Assembly (NCBI RefSeq): GCF_041262755.1
Contig: NZ_CP158446.1
DNA: 32,000 bases
Origin: Escherichia coli
GTDB lineage: Bacteria > Pseudomonadota > Gammaproteobacteria > Enterobacterales > Enterobacteriaceae
Reading direction: 5' to 3' (one strand)
The notes below the pieces were generated by a model. That model did not search any database. It saw only the letters and a list, made by a program, of their open reading frames with translations, and was not told the origin of the DNA. This document shows positions 19,803-30,785 of this stretch, in pieces. A program made the translations under genes and the position numbers. Positions within the stretch are counted from its first letter, which is position 1. Every line of letters begins with the position of its first letter.

Positions 19803-21029
19803 TTATATTTCTCTGGCTATTGGCAATGTGGTTACGTTTTCATGTGTTCCCGCCAGTATCCCTAACCGCTCCGTCCACATATCCAGCGCGTCACGTTTCG
19901 CATCCAGATAACGGGAATGGTTATAGACTCGTTGCATCCCTGGCATCTGATGACCTGTAAGCTGCTCCACGACGTGAGGATCCACGCCTAAATCGTTCAG
20001 CATCGTTGTAAAGGTGCGCCGGATGTCATGCAGTGACCAGTGAGGGTGTTTTAGCCTCCTGTGCGCTAATCTGCCGTACTGCGACACGCTTGTTTCCTGT
20101 TTCACTTCCCCCAGCAATAAGCCCGTGTGCCTGTTCTGCTCCACCAGCTGCGTGACGAACGGCAGTATTGCTTCCGGTATGGGCCGGAATATTGCCACCT
20201 TCGTTTTGCTGTGTTCTTTCGGCACGGTCCAGAGCATTTCGGTAAAATCCCACTCGCTGATCTCCGATAACCTCAGTTCTACCGTCCGGCATCCGAAAAC
20301 AATCAGGAGGCGGATTAGTGCGACGTAGTAAGGGGAAAATATTTTTTTGTCCAGTGCCTGCAATAATTCGCCAAGTTCTTTGGTGCTTAAGACACGCTCG
20401 CTTATATCCGGTTTTTTCCCAACGTCCGCCACACTCATATCATCAAGAACGTTGCTGATTGCATAGCGCCGCCTCCGGCAGAACTTAAGCGCCTGTTTGC
20501 ACGTCTGTAGCAAGAATCCGGCAGTAACAGGCGTTCGCTTTGCCACCTGGTCAAAACAGGCCAGCCAGTGCCGTAGCTCGCATTTATCCAGCGGCATAGC
20601 ACCAATGTGCTGTATTACGTGATTATTAAGGCGCTTTTTCAGGGCGGCATAATCCACGCGGTTTTCCTTTACGTAAGACTCAAGCCAGTAGGTAAGCGCA
20701 TCGCCAACCGTTACGGGCTTTAACGCTTTCTGTACGGTGTAATTCATCTCATGACGTGGATTTTTCCCCTCAGCAAGCCAAGCGCGACACTGTGCCGCTT
20801 TTTCCCTGGCAGCTTTCAGACTCAGATCAGGATAATTTCCCAGCTTAATCCGTTCCGGTCGTGCTCCCCTTCCCGTTCCGGCCCTGTAGGTGAAATACCA
20901 GGTTAAAAGGCCGCTGGTTGAATGCCTGACGCTCAGGTTTCCACCGTCATTAAGAAAGGCTGTTTTTTGGGCGGGTGTGCCGTTGATTTTCCTCAGCTGT
21001 GTATCGCTCAGTTTGTTAAGTGCTCTGCT
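19803..21029 (-). CDS. int: P4-type tyrosine integrase
   Basis: MSRALNKLSDTQLRKINGTPAQKTAFLNDGGNLSVR...; HDIRRTFTTMLNDLG, LTGHQMPGMQRVYNHSRYLDAKRDAL. ORF open to 21053; likely start at 21029. Confidence 0.93.
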   Translation of the reverse strand, partial: SRALNKLSDTQLRKINGTPAQKTAFLNDGGNLSVRHSTSGLLTWYFTYRAGTGRGARPERIKLGNYPDLSLKAAREKAAQCRAWLAEGKNPRHEMNYTVQKALKPVTVGDALTYWLESYVKENRVDYAALKKRLNNHVIQHIGAMPLDKCELRHWLACFDQVAKRTPVTAGFLLQTCKQALKFCRRRRYAISNVLDDMSVADVGKKPDISERVLSTKELGELLQALDKKIFSPYYVALIRLLIVFGCRTVELRLSEISEWDFTEMLWTVPKEHSKTKVAIFRPIPEAILPFVTQLVEQNRHTGLLLGEVKQETSVSQYGRLAHRRLKHPHWSLHDIRRTFTTMLNDLGVDPHVVEQLTGHQMPGMQRVYNHSRYLDAKRDALDMWTERLGILAGTHENVTTLPIAREI

Positions 21030-21058
21030 CATAATTTTGATTCCGGTCATCACAATTA

Positions 21059-21089
21059 ACTACACCATTAACTACACCGATCGTTGCAC
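21059..21089 (+). repeat. Element-end direct repeat, right copy
   Basis: Exact 31-bp match to 9840-9870, located just 5' of the integrase gene. Confidence 0.93.
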
Positions 21090-21280
21090 AAAGGGCTACA
21101 ACGTGAAACAAGCTGGAACAAGGAAAATCACAAATCTGTTTATAATCAAAAACATAGTGAACAATCTGAAACATTATGAAACGGCAAAAAACACTAATTG
21201 ATAAAATATGTCCATACTTCACGCATTACGTTAAGCATCCGTTATAATCGGTTGCAGATACCAGCCTGTGGATGCTTAAC

Positions 21281-22402
21281 ATGGAATACCAACTCACTCT
21301 TAACTGGCCCGATTTTCTTGAACGTCACTGGCAGAAACGCCCGGTGGTGTTAAAACGCGGCTTTAATAATTTTATTGACCCAATCTCTCCAGACGAGTTG
21401 GCGGGTCTGGCGATGGAAAGCGAAGTCGACAGTCGACTGGTCAGTCATCAGGATGGCAAATGGCAGGTCAGCCACGGTCCATTCGAAAGCTACGATCATC
21501 TCGGAGAAACTAACTGGTCATTGTTAGTGCAAGCAGTGAACCACTGGCATGAGCCGACCGCTGCGCTAATGCGACCGTTCCGTGAACTACCGGACTGGCG
21601 TATTGATGATCTGATGATCTCTTTTTCTGTACCGGGCGGCGGCGTCGGCCCGCATCTCGATCAGTACGACGTGTTTATCATTCAGGGTACCGGTCGTCGT
21701 CGCTGGCGAGTGGGTGAAAAGCTGCAAATGAAACAGCACTGCCCGCACCCGGATCTGTTACAGGTCGATCCGTTCGAAGCCATCATCGATGAAGAGCTGG
21801 AGCCTGGCGATATTCTTTATATTCCGCCAGGATTCCCGCATGAAGGCTACGCGCTGGAAAATGCGATGAACTATTCCGTGGGTTTTCGCGCGCCGAATAC
21901 GCGGGAACTGATTAGCGGATTTGCCGATTATGTGCTGCAACGTGAACTGGGCGGCAACTACTACAGCGATCCTGATGTTCCACCTCGCGCTCATCCTGCG
22001 GACGTTCTGCCGCAAGAGATGGATAAACTGCGTGAGATGATGCTCGAATTGATCAACCAGCCGGAACACTTTAAGCAATGGTTTGGCGAGTTTATATCCC
22101 AGTCACGTCATGAACTGGATATCGCGCCGCCAGAGCCGCCTTATCAGCCGGATGAAATCTACGATGCGCTGAAACAAGGTGATGTGCTGGTGCGCCTGGG
22201 GGGTCTGCGCGTATTGCGCATTGGCGACGACGTGTATGCCAATGGTGAGAAAATCGATTCCCCGCACCGTCCGGCACTGGATGCACTCGCCAGCAACATT
22301 GCGCTGACCGCGGAGAATTTTGGCGATGCGCTGGAAGATCCGTCATTCCTCGCGATGCTCGCGGCGCTGGTCAATAGCGGATACTGGTTCTTCGAAGGGT
22401 AA
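21281..22402 (+). CDS. roxA: 50S ribosomal protein L16 3-hydroxylase (YcfD)
   Basis: MEYQLTLNWPDFLERHWQKRPVVLKRGF... cupin; start at 21281. Confidence 0.97.
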   Translation: MEYQLTLNWPDFLERHWQKRPVVLKRGFNNFIDPISPDELAGLAMESEVDSRLVSHQDGKWQVSHGPFESYDHLGETNWSLLVQAVNHWHEPTAALMRPFRELPDWRIDDLMISFSVPGGGVGPHLDQYDVFIIQGTGRRRWRVGEKLQMKQHCPHPDLLQVDPFEAIIDEELEPGDILYIPPGFPHEGYALENAMNYSVGFRAPNTRELISGFADYVLQRELGGNYYSDPDVPPRAHPADVLPQEMDKLREMMLELINQPEHFKQWFGEFISQSRHELDIAPPEPPYQPDEIYDALKQGDVLVRLGGLRVLRIGDDVYANGEKIDSPHRPALDALASNIALTAENFGDALEDPSFLAMLAALVNSGYWFFEG

Positions 22403-22450
22403 GTTTGGATTTAAGCCGGATGCGGCATCACATGCCGCATCCCTTTTTGC

Positions 22451-23677
22451 TTACTTCCGTTGCGCCGTCAACTCGGCAATACGGACGATCACCTGCACCG
22501 CTTTTTCCATACCTTCCAGAGTCACAAACTCATGCTTACCATGATAGTTGTAACCGCCAGTGAACAGGTTCGGGCACGGTAATCCCATAAACGACAACTG
22601 CGCGCCGTCGGTACCGCCGCGGATCGGTTTCAGTTCCGGTTCAATATCGCAGTCACGCATCGCCTGCTGGGCGATATCGAGAATATGCGGATGCTCAACC
22701 ACTTTCTCGCGCATATTGTAGTAACTGTCTTCAATCACCAGTTCAATGTAGCAATCAGGATGTAACCCTTTGCCCACTTTTTTAGCGATCTCCATCATTT
22801 TACGTTTACGCGCTTCAAACTGTTTACGGTCGAAATCACGGATGATGTAGTGCATATCGGCCCGTTCAACAGTGCCTTTCATGCTCGCCAGGTGATAGAA
22901 ACCTTCATAGCCTTCTGTCATTTCCGGGCTTTCATCCGCCGGAACTTCCGCATGAATACGTGCCGCCAGCGACAGCGCATTTACCATTACTCCTTTCGCC
23001 GTGCCCGGGTGAACATTGTTACCGACAATTTTGATATTGACCGACGCGGCGTTGAAGTTTTCAAACTCCAGTTCGCCGACGCCACCACCATCAACGGTGT
23101 AAGCCCAGCGGGCATCGAAGGCGTCAACATCAAAATGCTTCGCCCCTTTGCCCACTTCTTCATCCGGGGTAAAGGCGACGCGAATATCACCATGCGGAAT
23201 GTTTTTTTGTTGCAATACCGCCAGCGCGGTCATGATTTCTGCAATACCTGCTTTGTCATCGGCACCTAACAAGGTTTTACCATCGGTGGTAATCAGCGTC
23301 TGACCCAGTAGCTGATGCAGCACCGGGAACATAACCGGTGATAAAACTTCATCGCCGATACCCAGCGCAATATCGCCACCGCGATAGTTTTCAACAATTT
23401 GCGGATTCACATTTTTGCCGCTGCAATCCGGTGAGGTATCCACATGAGAAATAAAGCCAATCGCCGGGATATCGCCAGGGACGTTAGCCGGTAACGTCGC
23501 CATCAAAGTTCCCTTCTCACTTAAGGTCACATTGATAAGCCCCATCTCTTCGAGCTGCTCTTTCAGCAGATGCAATAACTTCCATTGGCCTTCCGTGCTG
23601 GGAACCTGTCTCACCCCTGCTTTTGATTGGGTATCCAGAGACACGTAGTTCAAAAATCGCTCAAGTAGTTTATCCAT
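22451..23677 (-). CDS. pepT: Peptidase T
   Basis: [21 protein letters not shown]... M20 peptidase; start at 23677 (408 aa). Confidence 0.98.
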   Translation of the reverse strand: MDKLLERFLNYVSLDTQSKAGVRQVPSTEGQWKLLHLLKEQLEEMGLINVTLSEKGTLMATLPANVPGDIPAIGFISHVDTSPDCSGKNVNPQIVENYRGGDIALGIGDEVLSPVMFPVLHQLLGQTLITTDGKTLLGADDKAGIAEIMTALAVLQQKNIPHGDIRVAFTPDEEVGKGAKHFDVDAFDARWAYTVDGGGVGELEFENFNAASVNIKIVGNNVHPGTAKGVMVNALSLAARIHAEVPADESPEMTEGYEGFYHLASMKGTVERADMHYIIRDFDRKQFEARKRKMMEIAKKVGKGLHPDCYIELVIEDSYYNMREKVVEHPHILDIAQQAMRDCDIEPELKPIRGGTDGAQLSFMGLPCPNLFTGGYNYHGKHEFVTLEGMEKAVQVIVRIAELTAQRK

Positions 23678-23926
23678 GTAGTCACCCTCACTTTTTGTGA
23701 CAACATTATTAAGAAGCAACAAAAGACAAATATTGCGTCAGGTCACTTTTACCCCTGCAAGCGGGAATATTTATCAGCATTACCTTAATGAATATAAAGC
23801 TAAGCCAGTAATTCACAACAAAGATTGGCGATTCAAGCGGTTTGCCGTAGAATTACCGCCCTCATTAAGAGTCACCAAGGTGGTTAACCACAAACCCCGC
23901 ATCGGTAAGCCATCCGTTGCGTTTAC

Positions 23927-25063
23927 ATGGGACAGAGTAAAAAATTGAATAAACAACCGAGTTCGCTTTCACCGCTGGTGCAATTGGCGGGAATTCGCAA
24001 ATGCTTTGATGGTAAAGAGGTCATTCCCCAGCTGGATCTGACTATCAACAATGGCGAGTTCCTCACGCTGCTTGGCCCTTCTGGCTGCGGTAAAACAACC
24101 GTTCTTCGCCTGATTGCAGGTCTGGAAACTGTTGATTCCGGACGCATCATGTTGGATAACGAGGACATCACCCACGTTCCGGCGGAAAACCGCTACGTGA
24201 ACACTGTTTTCCAAAGCTACGCACTTTTCCCCCACATGACCGTGTTCGAAAATGTGGCCTTTGGGTTGCGCATGCAAAAAACCCCCGCTGCTGAAATTAC
24301 GCCCCGCGTGATGGAAGCCCTGCGGATGGTGCAGCTGGAAACCTTCGCTCAACGCAAACCGCATCAGCTCTCTGGTGGTCAACAGCAACGCGTCGCCATT
24401 GCCCGCGCGGTGGTTAACAAGCCTCGTCTGTTGTTGCTGGATGAGTCGCTCTCAGCGCTGGATTACAAACTGCGCAAGCAAATGCAGAACGAGCTGAAAG
24501 CGTTACAGCGTAAGCTTGGCATTACATTCGTGTTCGTAACTCACGACCAGGAAGAAGCACTTACTATGTCGGACAGGATCGTGGTGATGCGCGATGGTCG
24601 CATTGAGCAAGACGGCACGCCGCGTGAAATCTACGAAGAGCCGAAAAACCTGTTTGTTGCCGGGTTTATTGGCGAAATCAATATGTTTAACGCCACTGTC
24701 ATCGAACGTCTCGACGAGCAGCGCGTACGCGCCAACGTTGAAGGCCGCGAATGTAATATCTACGTTAACTTCGCCGTTGAACCGGGGCAAAAACTGCATG
24801 TTCTGCTGCGCCCGGAAGACTTACGTGTTGAAGAGATTAACGACGACAACCACGCCGAAGGGCTGATTGGTTACGTTCGCGAGCGTAACTACAAAGGCAT
24901 GACGCTGGAGTCGGTTGTTGAGCTGGAAAATGGCAAGATGGTGATGGTCAGCGAATTCTTCAATGAAGACGATCCTGACTTTGACCACTCTCTCGACCAA
25001 AAAATGGCCATTAATTGGGTAGAAAGCTGGGAGGTCGTACTGGCTGATGAAGAACACAAGTAA
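23927..25063 (+). CDS. potA: Spermidine/putrescine ABC transporter ATP-binding protein
   Basis: 378 aa; [32 protein letters not shown]. Confidence 0.98.
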
Positions 25064-25910
25064 GTTCCAGAATGTAGTGATTGTCACTATTGTCGGTTGG
25101 CTTGTGTTGTTTGTCTTTCTGCCCAACCTGATGATCATTGGCACCAGCTTTTTGACCCGCGACGACGCCAGTTTCGTCAAAATGGTCTTTACGCTGGATA
25201 ACTACACGCGTCTGCTCGATCCGCTCTATTTTGAAGTGCTATTGCACTCGCTGAATATGGCGCTGATCGCCACCCTCGCCAGCCTGGTGCTGGGCTATCC
25301 TTTTGCCTGGTTTCTGGCGAAGCTGCCACACAAGGTGCGTCCGCTGCTGCTGTTTCTGCTGATTGTTCCGTTCTGGACCAACTCATTGATTCGTATTTAC
25401 GGGCTGAAAATTTTCCTCAGCACCAAAGGCTATCTCAACGAGTTTTTGCTCTGGCTGGGCGTTATCGATACACCAATTCGCATCATGTTCACGCCTAGTG
25501 CGGTGATTATCGGTCTGGTTTACATTCTGCTGCCGTTTATGGTGATGCCGCTGTACTCCAGTATCGAAAAACTGGATAAGCCGTTGCTTGAGGCGGCGCG
25601 CGATCTCGGTGCCAGCAAGTTGCAGACCTTTATCCGCATCATTATCCCACTAACGATGCCGGGAATTATTGCCGGATGTCTGCTGGTGATGCTGCCAGCG
25701 ATGGGCCTGTTCTATGTGTCCGACCTGATGGGCGGTGCGAAAAACCTGCTGATCGGTAACGTCATCAAGGTACAGTTCCTCAATATTCGTGACTGGCCGT
25801 TTGGTGCAGCCACCAGCATTACGCTGACTATCGTAATGGGCCTGATGTTGCTGGTTTACTGGCGCGCTTCTCGTCTGCTGAATAAGAAGGTGAGCGAATT
25901 AGATGATTAA
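25047..25910 (+). CDS. potB: Spermidine/putrescine ABC transporter permease, C-terminus altered at the prophage junction
   Basis: 287 aa; matches PotB up to ...RLLNKKV, then SELDD. No potC follows in the window. Confidence 0.93.
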
Positions 25911-26075
25911 TCCTTTATATTCAATGCATTAAGTTTGTTTTTGAGTGGTTTTGCCGTTTAAGGTAACGACGTTATAGATCCTATCAAAATCAATCAATTC
26001 CATTCTGGTTTTGGAGAAAGATTTTTCGAGAGCTTCGGTCTTTAACTAAAACTGATTGCGTATAATCCCAATACC

Positions 26076-26105
26076 CCTCCCCGACTATCTGAATGGTCGG
26101 GGAGG
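26076..26105. terminator. Hairpin CCTCCCCGAC / GTCGGGGAGG
   Basis: 10-bp perfect stem just beyond the tfa fragment 3' end. Confidence 0.5.
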
Positions 26106-26141
26106 CACTTCAAGCACAAAATATCATCCCTGCGCCGTTGA

Positions 26142-26408
26142 TTACTCTGCAGGTGAAGTCGGCCACTCAATATCAGGTGCAGTTGATGTATCAACACGAT
26201 TCAACAATACCCGATATTTATTCCATGCCTCCAGCAACGATCTTTCTTCCTCCGTTGCGATTTCCAGATCTACAGCATCCTGCAGTGGCGCAATATACTC
26301 ACTGAATTCCTGGATGTAGAACTGTGTGGTGACGGTCTTCCAGCCATTCGGCTCCTGCTGTATCGAAGCATACCAGGCTATTTCAATATCGCTATGCTGC
26401 GGCAGCAT
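26142..26408 (-). pseudogene. Tail fiber assembly (Tfa) C-terminal fragment
   Basis: ...[53 protein letters not shown] matches the lambda Tfa C-terminus; the Tfa N-terminal part is missing. Confidence 0.8.
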
Positions 26409-26467
26409 TTAACCCCTTGTAATTCATCGCCATAATTGATTTAATTCACAAATAAAACTATAATACG

Positions 26468-27133
26468 GTGAAACTAATGAAAAAAAACACAGATGATGGG
26501 GCTAAAATTTACACACCACTTACCCTAAAGCTTTATGACTGGTGGGTTTTGGGAGTATCAAATCGGCTTGCATGGGGATGTCCTACAAAGGAACACCTTC
26601 TTCCACACTTTCTGGAACATTTAGGTAACAACCATCTGGATATTGGCGTTGGAACTGGGTTTTACCTTACTCACGTACCTGAGAGCAGTCTGATATCTTT
26701 AATGGATTTGAACGAAGCTAGCCTGAACGCGGCATCGACAAGGGCTGGGGAATCAAAAATTAAACATAAAATTAGCCATGATGTTTTTGATCCTTATCCC
26801 GCGGCGTTACATGGTCAATTTGATTCCATTTCCATGTTTTACCTTCTTCACTGCCTGCCTGGAAATATATCTACAAAAAGCTGTGTAATACGCAATGCGG
26901 CGCAGGCCTTAACTGACGATGGAACTCTATACGGAGCCACAATTCTTGGTGACGGCGTTGTGCACAATAGCTTCGGTCAAAAACTGATGCGCATTTACAA
27001 TCAGAAAGGCATCTTTTCAAACACAAAAGATTCCGAAGAAGGCTTAACACATATACTCTCAGAGCATTTCGAGAATGTTAAAACCAAGGTTAAAGGTACT
27101 GTAGTAATGTTTTCCGCTTCAGGGAAAAAATAG
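26468..27133 (+). CDS. Class I SAM-dependent methyltransferase (prophage moron)
   Basis: 221 aa; motif I LDIGVGTGFYL, acidic LMDLN, ...VFDPYP..., opposite strand to the phage late genes. Confidence 0.8.
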   Translation: MKLMKKNTDDGAKIYTPLTLKLYDWWVLGVSNRLAWGCPTKEHLLPHFLEHLGNNHLDIGVGTGFYLTHVPESSLISLMDLNEASLNAASTRAGESKIKHKISHDVFDPYPAALHGQFDSISMFYLLHCLPGNISTKSCVIRNAAQALTDDGTLYGATILGDGVVHNSFGQKLMRIYNQKGIFSNTKDSEEGLTHILSEHFENVKTKVKGTVVMFSASGKK

Positions 27134-27187
27134 CATCCAGCCGCAGCACGTTCTTGCGCACGACGTGCTGCGGCATAATCCCAATGA

Positions 27188-27315
27188 TTACTCTCTGACA
27201 GGGTTCACAGGCCACTCAATATCAGGGGCAGTTGATGTATCAACACGGTTCAGCAACACCCTGCATGCCTTCCATGCCGCCAGCAATGATGTTTCCTCCT
27301 TCGTTGCATATACTG
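27188..27315 (-). pseudogene. Second Tfa C-terminal fragment
   Basis: - strand reads [39 protein letters not shown]; strongly similar to 26142-26270. Confidence 0.78.
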
Positions 27316-27325
27316 CTCACCTTTT

Positions 27326-27619
27326 TCACCCACGATTAACCAACAGCCAGACCAGCAGACACGCCACCACCGGCACAGCAAAATCCATCAGGCTTGCCAC
27401 ATCCCATGCACGTGGATCAAAACCGCCCCACCACGGCATGTTAATCCGCTTGCCATGCCCGAACATTTCAATCCAGCGATATTCTGCCTGGGTGTGTTCA
27501 CGCGCAATGAAGAACGTACAACCGGCTATCGCCCCGTAAGCCCAGTTTCCGGTAAAAAGACCAGCCAGTACCTGCACCGCCACGGCACAAAGCGCATGAA
27601 GTATCGACGTGATATCCAT
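27326..27619 (-). CDS. Small prophage membrane-associated hypothetical protein
   Basis: 97 aa with hydrophobic segments, between Tfa remnant and fiber gene. Confidence 0.65.
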   Translation of the reverse strand: MDITSILHALCAVAVQVLAGLFTGNWAYGAIAGCTFFIAREHTQAEYRWIEMFGHGKRINMPWWGGFDPRAWDVASLMDFAVPVVACLLVWLLVNRG

Positions 27620-27628
27620 CTGCTATCC

Positions 27629-27907
27629 TTAAAACCACTCCCTGAGCGGGCGCTCTGGTGTAACCACCCACTCACGGAACACGGAATCCTCAAATCCATC
27701 GTCAAGAAGACGGATATTAACAAAGTACCCTTCGTTTCGCGTGTATTCTGGTTCTCCGTCATCAGAAACATCTGTCTCCCTGAACGTAAAACCAATCTCA
27801 TCAACCAGAACGGCATTCTGCAGCTCTTCGTCCTCTTCCCAGTTAAGTTTCCTGAGAAATGCCCTGAAATCTGCTTTATCACTGAAACGCAACGTGAAAT
27901 CTCTCAC
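27629..27907 (-). CDS. Prophage hypothetical protein downstream of tail fiber
   Basis: 92 aa; start overlaps the fiber stop by 4 nt. Confidence 0.7.
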   Translation of the reverse strand: MRDFTLRFSDKADFRAFLRKLNWEEDEELQNAVLVDEIGFTFRETDVSDDGEPEYTRNEGYFVNIRLLDDGFEDSVFREWVVTPERPLREWF

Positions 27908-29967
27908 TCCACAACCTCCCCAAGCTGCGCATCTGTTAGCTCTTTATGCCAGAGACGAAAATTCCTCACATGCCCAAATAAATGGCGTAATCCTGCTGTA
28001 GTTTGTCCACCAATGCGAATGGTTGCTGTACTCCGGATATATTCCCATTTGGTTTTAGTTTCGCTGCTTAACTTACCGTTACTGACTACACATGTGGACC
28101 GTTCGGACTTTACCCGCATACCAATAAGCATTTTTTCCAGCCCGGCATTTTCATTTATTCGTCGGTCTGAACCACCTATATCGCAATACGGAAAACCGTC
28201 GTACCCACCTGATGAACCAAACCCCATTACGATCCCCGCTCCGGTTTGATGACCGCCGGTATCAAAAACACGCGGCGCTACATTTGGCGTTTTATACCAG
28301 TTCTTATGTACCTCACAAAGAACCGTAAAAGGAAGATTATAAAGGTTATTCTTGATTGGGACTGTCACCATATCGCTTGCCCGCGTTGCCGGTGCCGTCC
28401 CCGTAACAATAAAAGATGATGCGCCTGTACCAGCCTCAATCTGTGGAGTGGTTACATCGAGATAATCCCCTGATGTAACCATCTGCCCTGTATCCGGAGA
28501 ATACTGGACAAAACCACCAACCGTATTTTCTGTTGTATCTGCTTTTAATGTAGCCTCAAAAAATATCCAGCCAGTTGCATCATCCTTAACAGACCTTGCT
28601 GTAACACGGCTTGTCTGACCTGTCTTGCTAATTATGCGGGTGGTAAGGTTCAGGTTTGCTGCTCCTATTGATGTCCTTACCTCCCCATCATAATGTTCAA
28701 ATAAAATACGAACGGCGATATTATCAACTTCACTTTTTACCCGACAGGATATAGTTACATGCTTTTCGTCCCCTGAAGTATCAACCCCTCCGGTACTCGA
28801 ATACAGTCCGATAATGGTATGCGCTTTACTTGTACCAACAATCGAATCCTGTACGACAAACCGACCATAATTAAACCCGAAACTATCTGTGCCTGTTTCT
28901 GTAACGTCCAGTGAAGTTGACTTATTCCACTTCGAAGGGTCTGTACTGTTCTGGAAGAAGTTCGTTCTTTGTCCCTCAATAAGCAGGCCATCACACTCAA
29001 ATCGCGGCTCATTAATTTCCGCCGTTTTCAGTTCGCCAGATTTGTTGATATATGTTGCCGTTGATGCGCGACTGAAATTAACCTGTTTATCACTGGCAAC
29101 CTGAACCACATTATCACCAATCTTCACTTTTTTATAACCCGGAGAATAGCCCGTAATCATATCCAGCGAATCATTAAAGGGTATCCACACATCCGGCAGC
29201 GGCTGTAAAACATATCTGTACGGCTCTGCTGTCTGGTTTGCGTATTCTCTGGCAGCATCTTCACTTGCTTTTGCTGCCGTCTGGCTTGCTGCCGATGCTT
29301 TCGCCGAGTTCGCCGCCGCTGTTTCGCTCACCTTTGCGTTGGCTTCACTGTCTTTGGCATTCGTCTCACTGGTTTTCGCTGCCGTCTGGCTGGATTTTGC
29401 GTTTTTTTCGCTGGCCTTTGTGGCTGTCTCGCTATTTTTCGCGCTGGTTTCTGATTTTTTGGCTGCTGTCGCGGAGTTTGCCGATGCAGTCTGCGAGGCC
29501 GCTGCCGCCTGTGCGCTGTTAGCTGCATTCGTTTCTGAGGTTTTCGCCGCATTCTTCGATGAGGCTGCTGCCGTTTCGGATTTCTTTGCCGCCGCTGCAC
29601 TCTGTGATGACGCTCCGGCATGACGTGCCACTTCATTCACCATCAGCTCAAAACGGCGCAGTGCCTCCGGACGAACATCATCCTCCGTCATGGCGCCGAG
29701 AAAATCATTCAGCGTACCTGGTCTGGAACCTTCATAGACGGTAATGGTCCCGGCATGTGAAGGCGGAAAATCTTCAACCAGCAGGGTGACGCTGTACTGG
29801 CCATACTCAACATCCATGCTGTAACGCCCGGCTTCATCCGGATTTTCAGAGGCCACCGTGTTCACCACCACCGTGCTGCTGGTCCGTCTGGCCTTCAGCA
29901 CAATGGTGCAGTTCTGTACTGGTTTTCCTGTGCCATCTTTAAGCACGCCAGAAATTTTTACTGTCAT
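27904..29967 (-). CDS. Side tail fiber protein (Stf-like N-terminus, Ala/Ser/Lys coiled-coil repeats, lectin/LamG-like C-terminus)
   Basis: MTVKISGVLKDGTGKPVQNCTIVLKARRTSSTVVVNT...; ETAAASSKNAAKTSETNAANS... repeats; C-terminal GQRTNFFQNSTDPSKWNKS...HVRNFRLWHKELTDAQLGEVVE. Confidence 0.9.
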   Translation of the reverse strand: MTVKISGVLKDGTGKPVQNCTIVLKARRTSSTVVVNTVASENPDEAGRYSMDVEYGQYSVTLLVEDFPPSHAGTITVYEGSRPGTLNDFLGAMTEDDVRPEALRRFELMVNEVARHAGASSQSAAAAKKSETAAASSKNAAKTSETNAANSAQAAAASQTASANSATAAKKSETSAKNSETATKASEKNAKSSQTAAKTSETNAKDSEANAKVSETAAANSAKASAASQTAAKASEDAAREYANQTAEPYRYVLQPLPDVWIPFNDSLDMITGYSPGYKKVKIGDNVVQVASDKQVNFSRASTATYINKSGELKTAEINEPRFECDGLLIEGQRTNFFQNSTDPSKWNKSTSLDVTETGTDSFGFNYGRFVVQDSIVGTSKAHTIIGLYSSTGGVDTSGDEKHVTISCRVKSEVDNIAVRILFEHYDGEVRTSIGAANLNLTTRIISKTGQTSRVTARSVKDDATGWIFFEATLKADTTENTVGGFVQYSPDTGQMVTSGDYLDVTTPQIEAGTGASSFIVTGTAPATRASDMVTVPIKNNLYNLPFTVLCEVHKNWYKTPNVAPRVFDTGGHQTGAGIVMGFGSSGGYDGFPYCDIGGSDRRINENAGLEKMLIGMRVKSERSTCVVSNGKLSSETKTKWEYIRSTATIRIGGQTTAGLRHLFGHVRNFRLWHKELTDAQLGEVVE

Positions 29968-30118
29968 ACTTTTCCACCAATAAAAAAAGCCCGCAGCAGT
30001 GACGCCACGGGCTTCAGGACAGTGTAACTTTACGTTTCCTCAAACGCAGTTCACCCCATAAGGCGGATGAACCTGCGTATCATAACAATATTTACAGAAG
30101 ATAAATCGGCGTCTGTTG

Positions 30119-30718
30119 TCAGAAACGGTATCCGATACCAACAATAAATGCATCCGTTCGCCAGTCGCCACTACCGGAACCTTCATAAGCAATATCAATG
30201 GTCACGGATTCGGTCGGGTTAAACTGCACGCCAGCTCCCCACGCCAGAGACGTGTTGCTGTGGCGATCGTCATCACTTCCGGTCAGCACATCGTGCGTTT
30301 TCCCCTTGTTGTCAGTTACGCGGAGATAATCCCCGGAGAACGTCGACACACGGCTGTAAGCCACACCTGCCATCGCATAAGCACTGAACCATTCATTCAC
30401 GCGTACAGATGGCCCCGCCATCACGCTGAACCAGCGGTTACGCACGGAATCTTCATGCCAGCGGGTATCGCTGTAGTGCGTTTTTTGCTCATCCTCAGCA
30501 TTGGCATAACTGAAGGACGTAATCAGCCCCAGCGCGTCCGTAAACTCATAACGGTATTTCACGTTAATCCCGTTCAGATTATCGCTGCCTGGCATATCAG
30601 TGTGGGTCTGAAGATACCCGGCGCTTAGTGTGGACTGATGCTCTGCTGCGCTCGCTGGCGTACCAGCGGCAACCAGCCAGACTACTGCGGACAGAATAAC
30701 AGCACATAATTTACGCAT
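30119..30718 (-). CDS. lom: Ail/Lom family outer membrane protein
   Basis: 199 aa with signal peptide and beta-barrel ending ...AFIVGIGYRF. Confidence 0.93.
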   Translation of the reverse strand: MRKLCAVILSAVVWLVAAGTPASAAEHQSTLSAGYLQTHTDMPGSDNLNGINVKYRYEFTDALGLITSFSYANAEDEQKTHYSDTRWHEDSVRNRWFSVMAGPSVRVNEWFSAYAMAGVAYSRVSTFSGDYLRVTDNKGKTHDVLTGSDDDRHSNTSLAWGAGVQFNPTESVTIDIAYEGSGSGDWRTDAFIVGIGYRF

Positions 30719-30785
30719 AATTACCTCTCGCTTTTCTGCAATAAAAAAGGCGCCATTTCTGGCGCCCGTATTGGGGTTATAAAAT

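Larger units (their letters stand above)
9752..21213. mobile_element. ~11.4 kb integrated satellite-like element (PICI-like / small cryptic lambdoid element) between phoQ and roxA
   Basis: Int-AlpA-small ORFs-primase-SSB-PerC-capsid-decoration-cos-TerS architecture inserted between phoQ and roxA; candidate host duplication AAATATGTCC at 9752-9761 and 21204-21213; 31-bp internal direct repeats near both ends. Confidence 0.8.

Noticed and set aside
29222-29636. Repetitive tract in the fiber gene as a possible DNA repeat element
   Set aside because: It is the coding sequence of Ala/Ser/Thr/Lys coiled-coil repeats normal for lambda Stf-type fibers.
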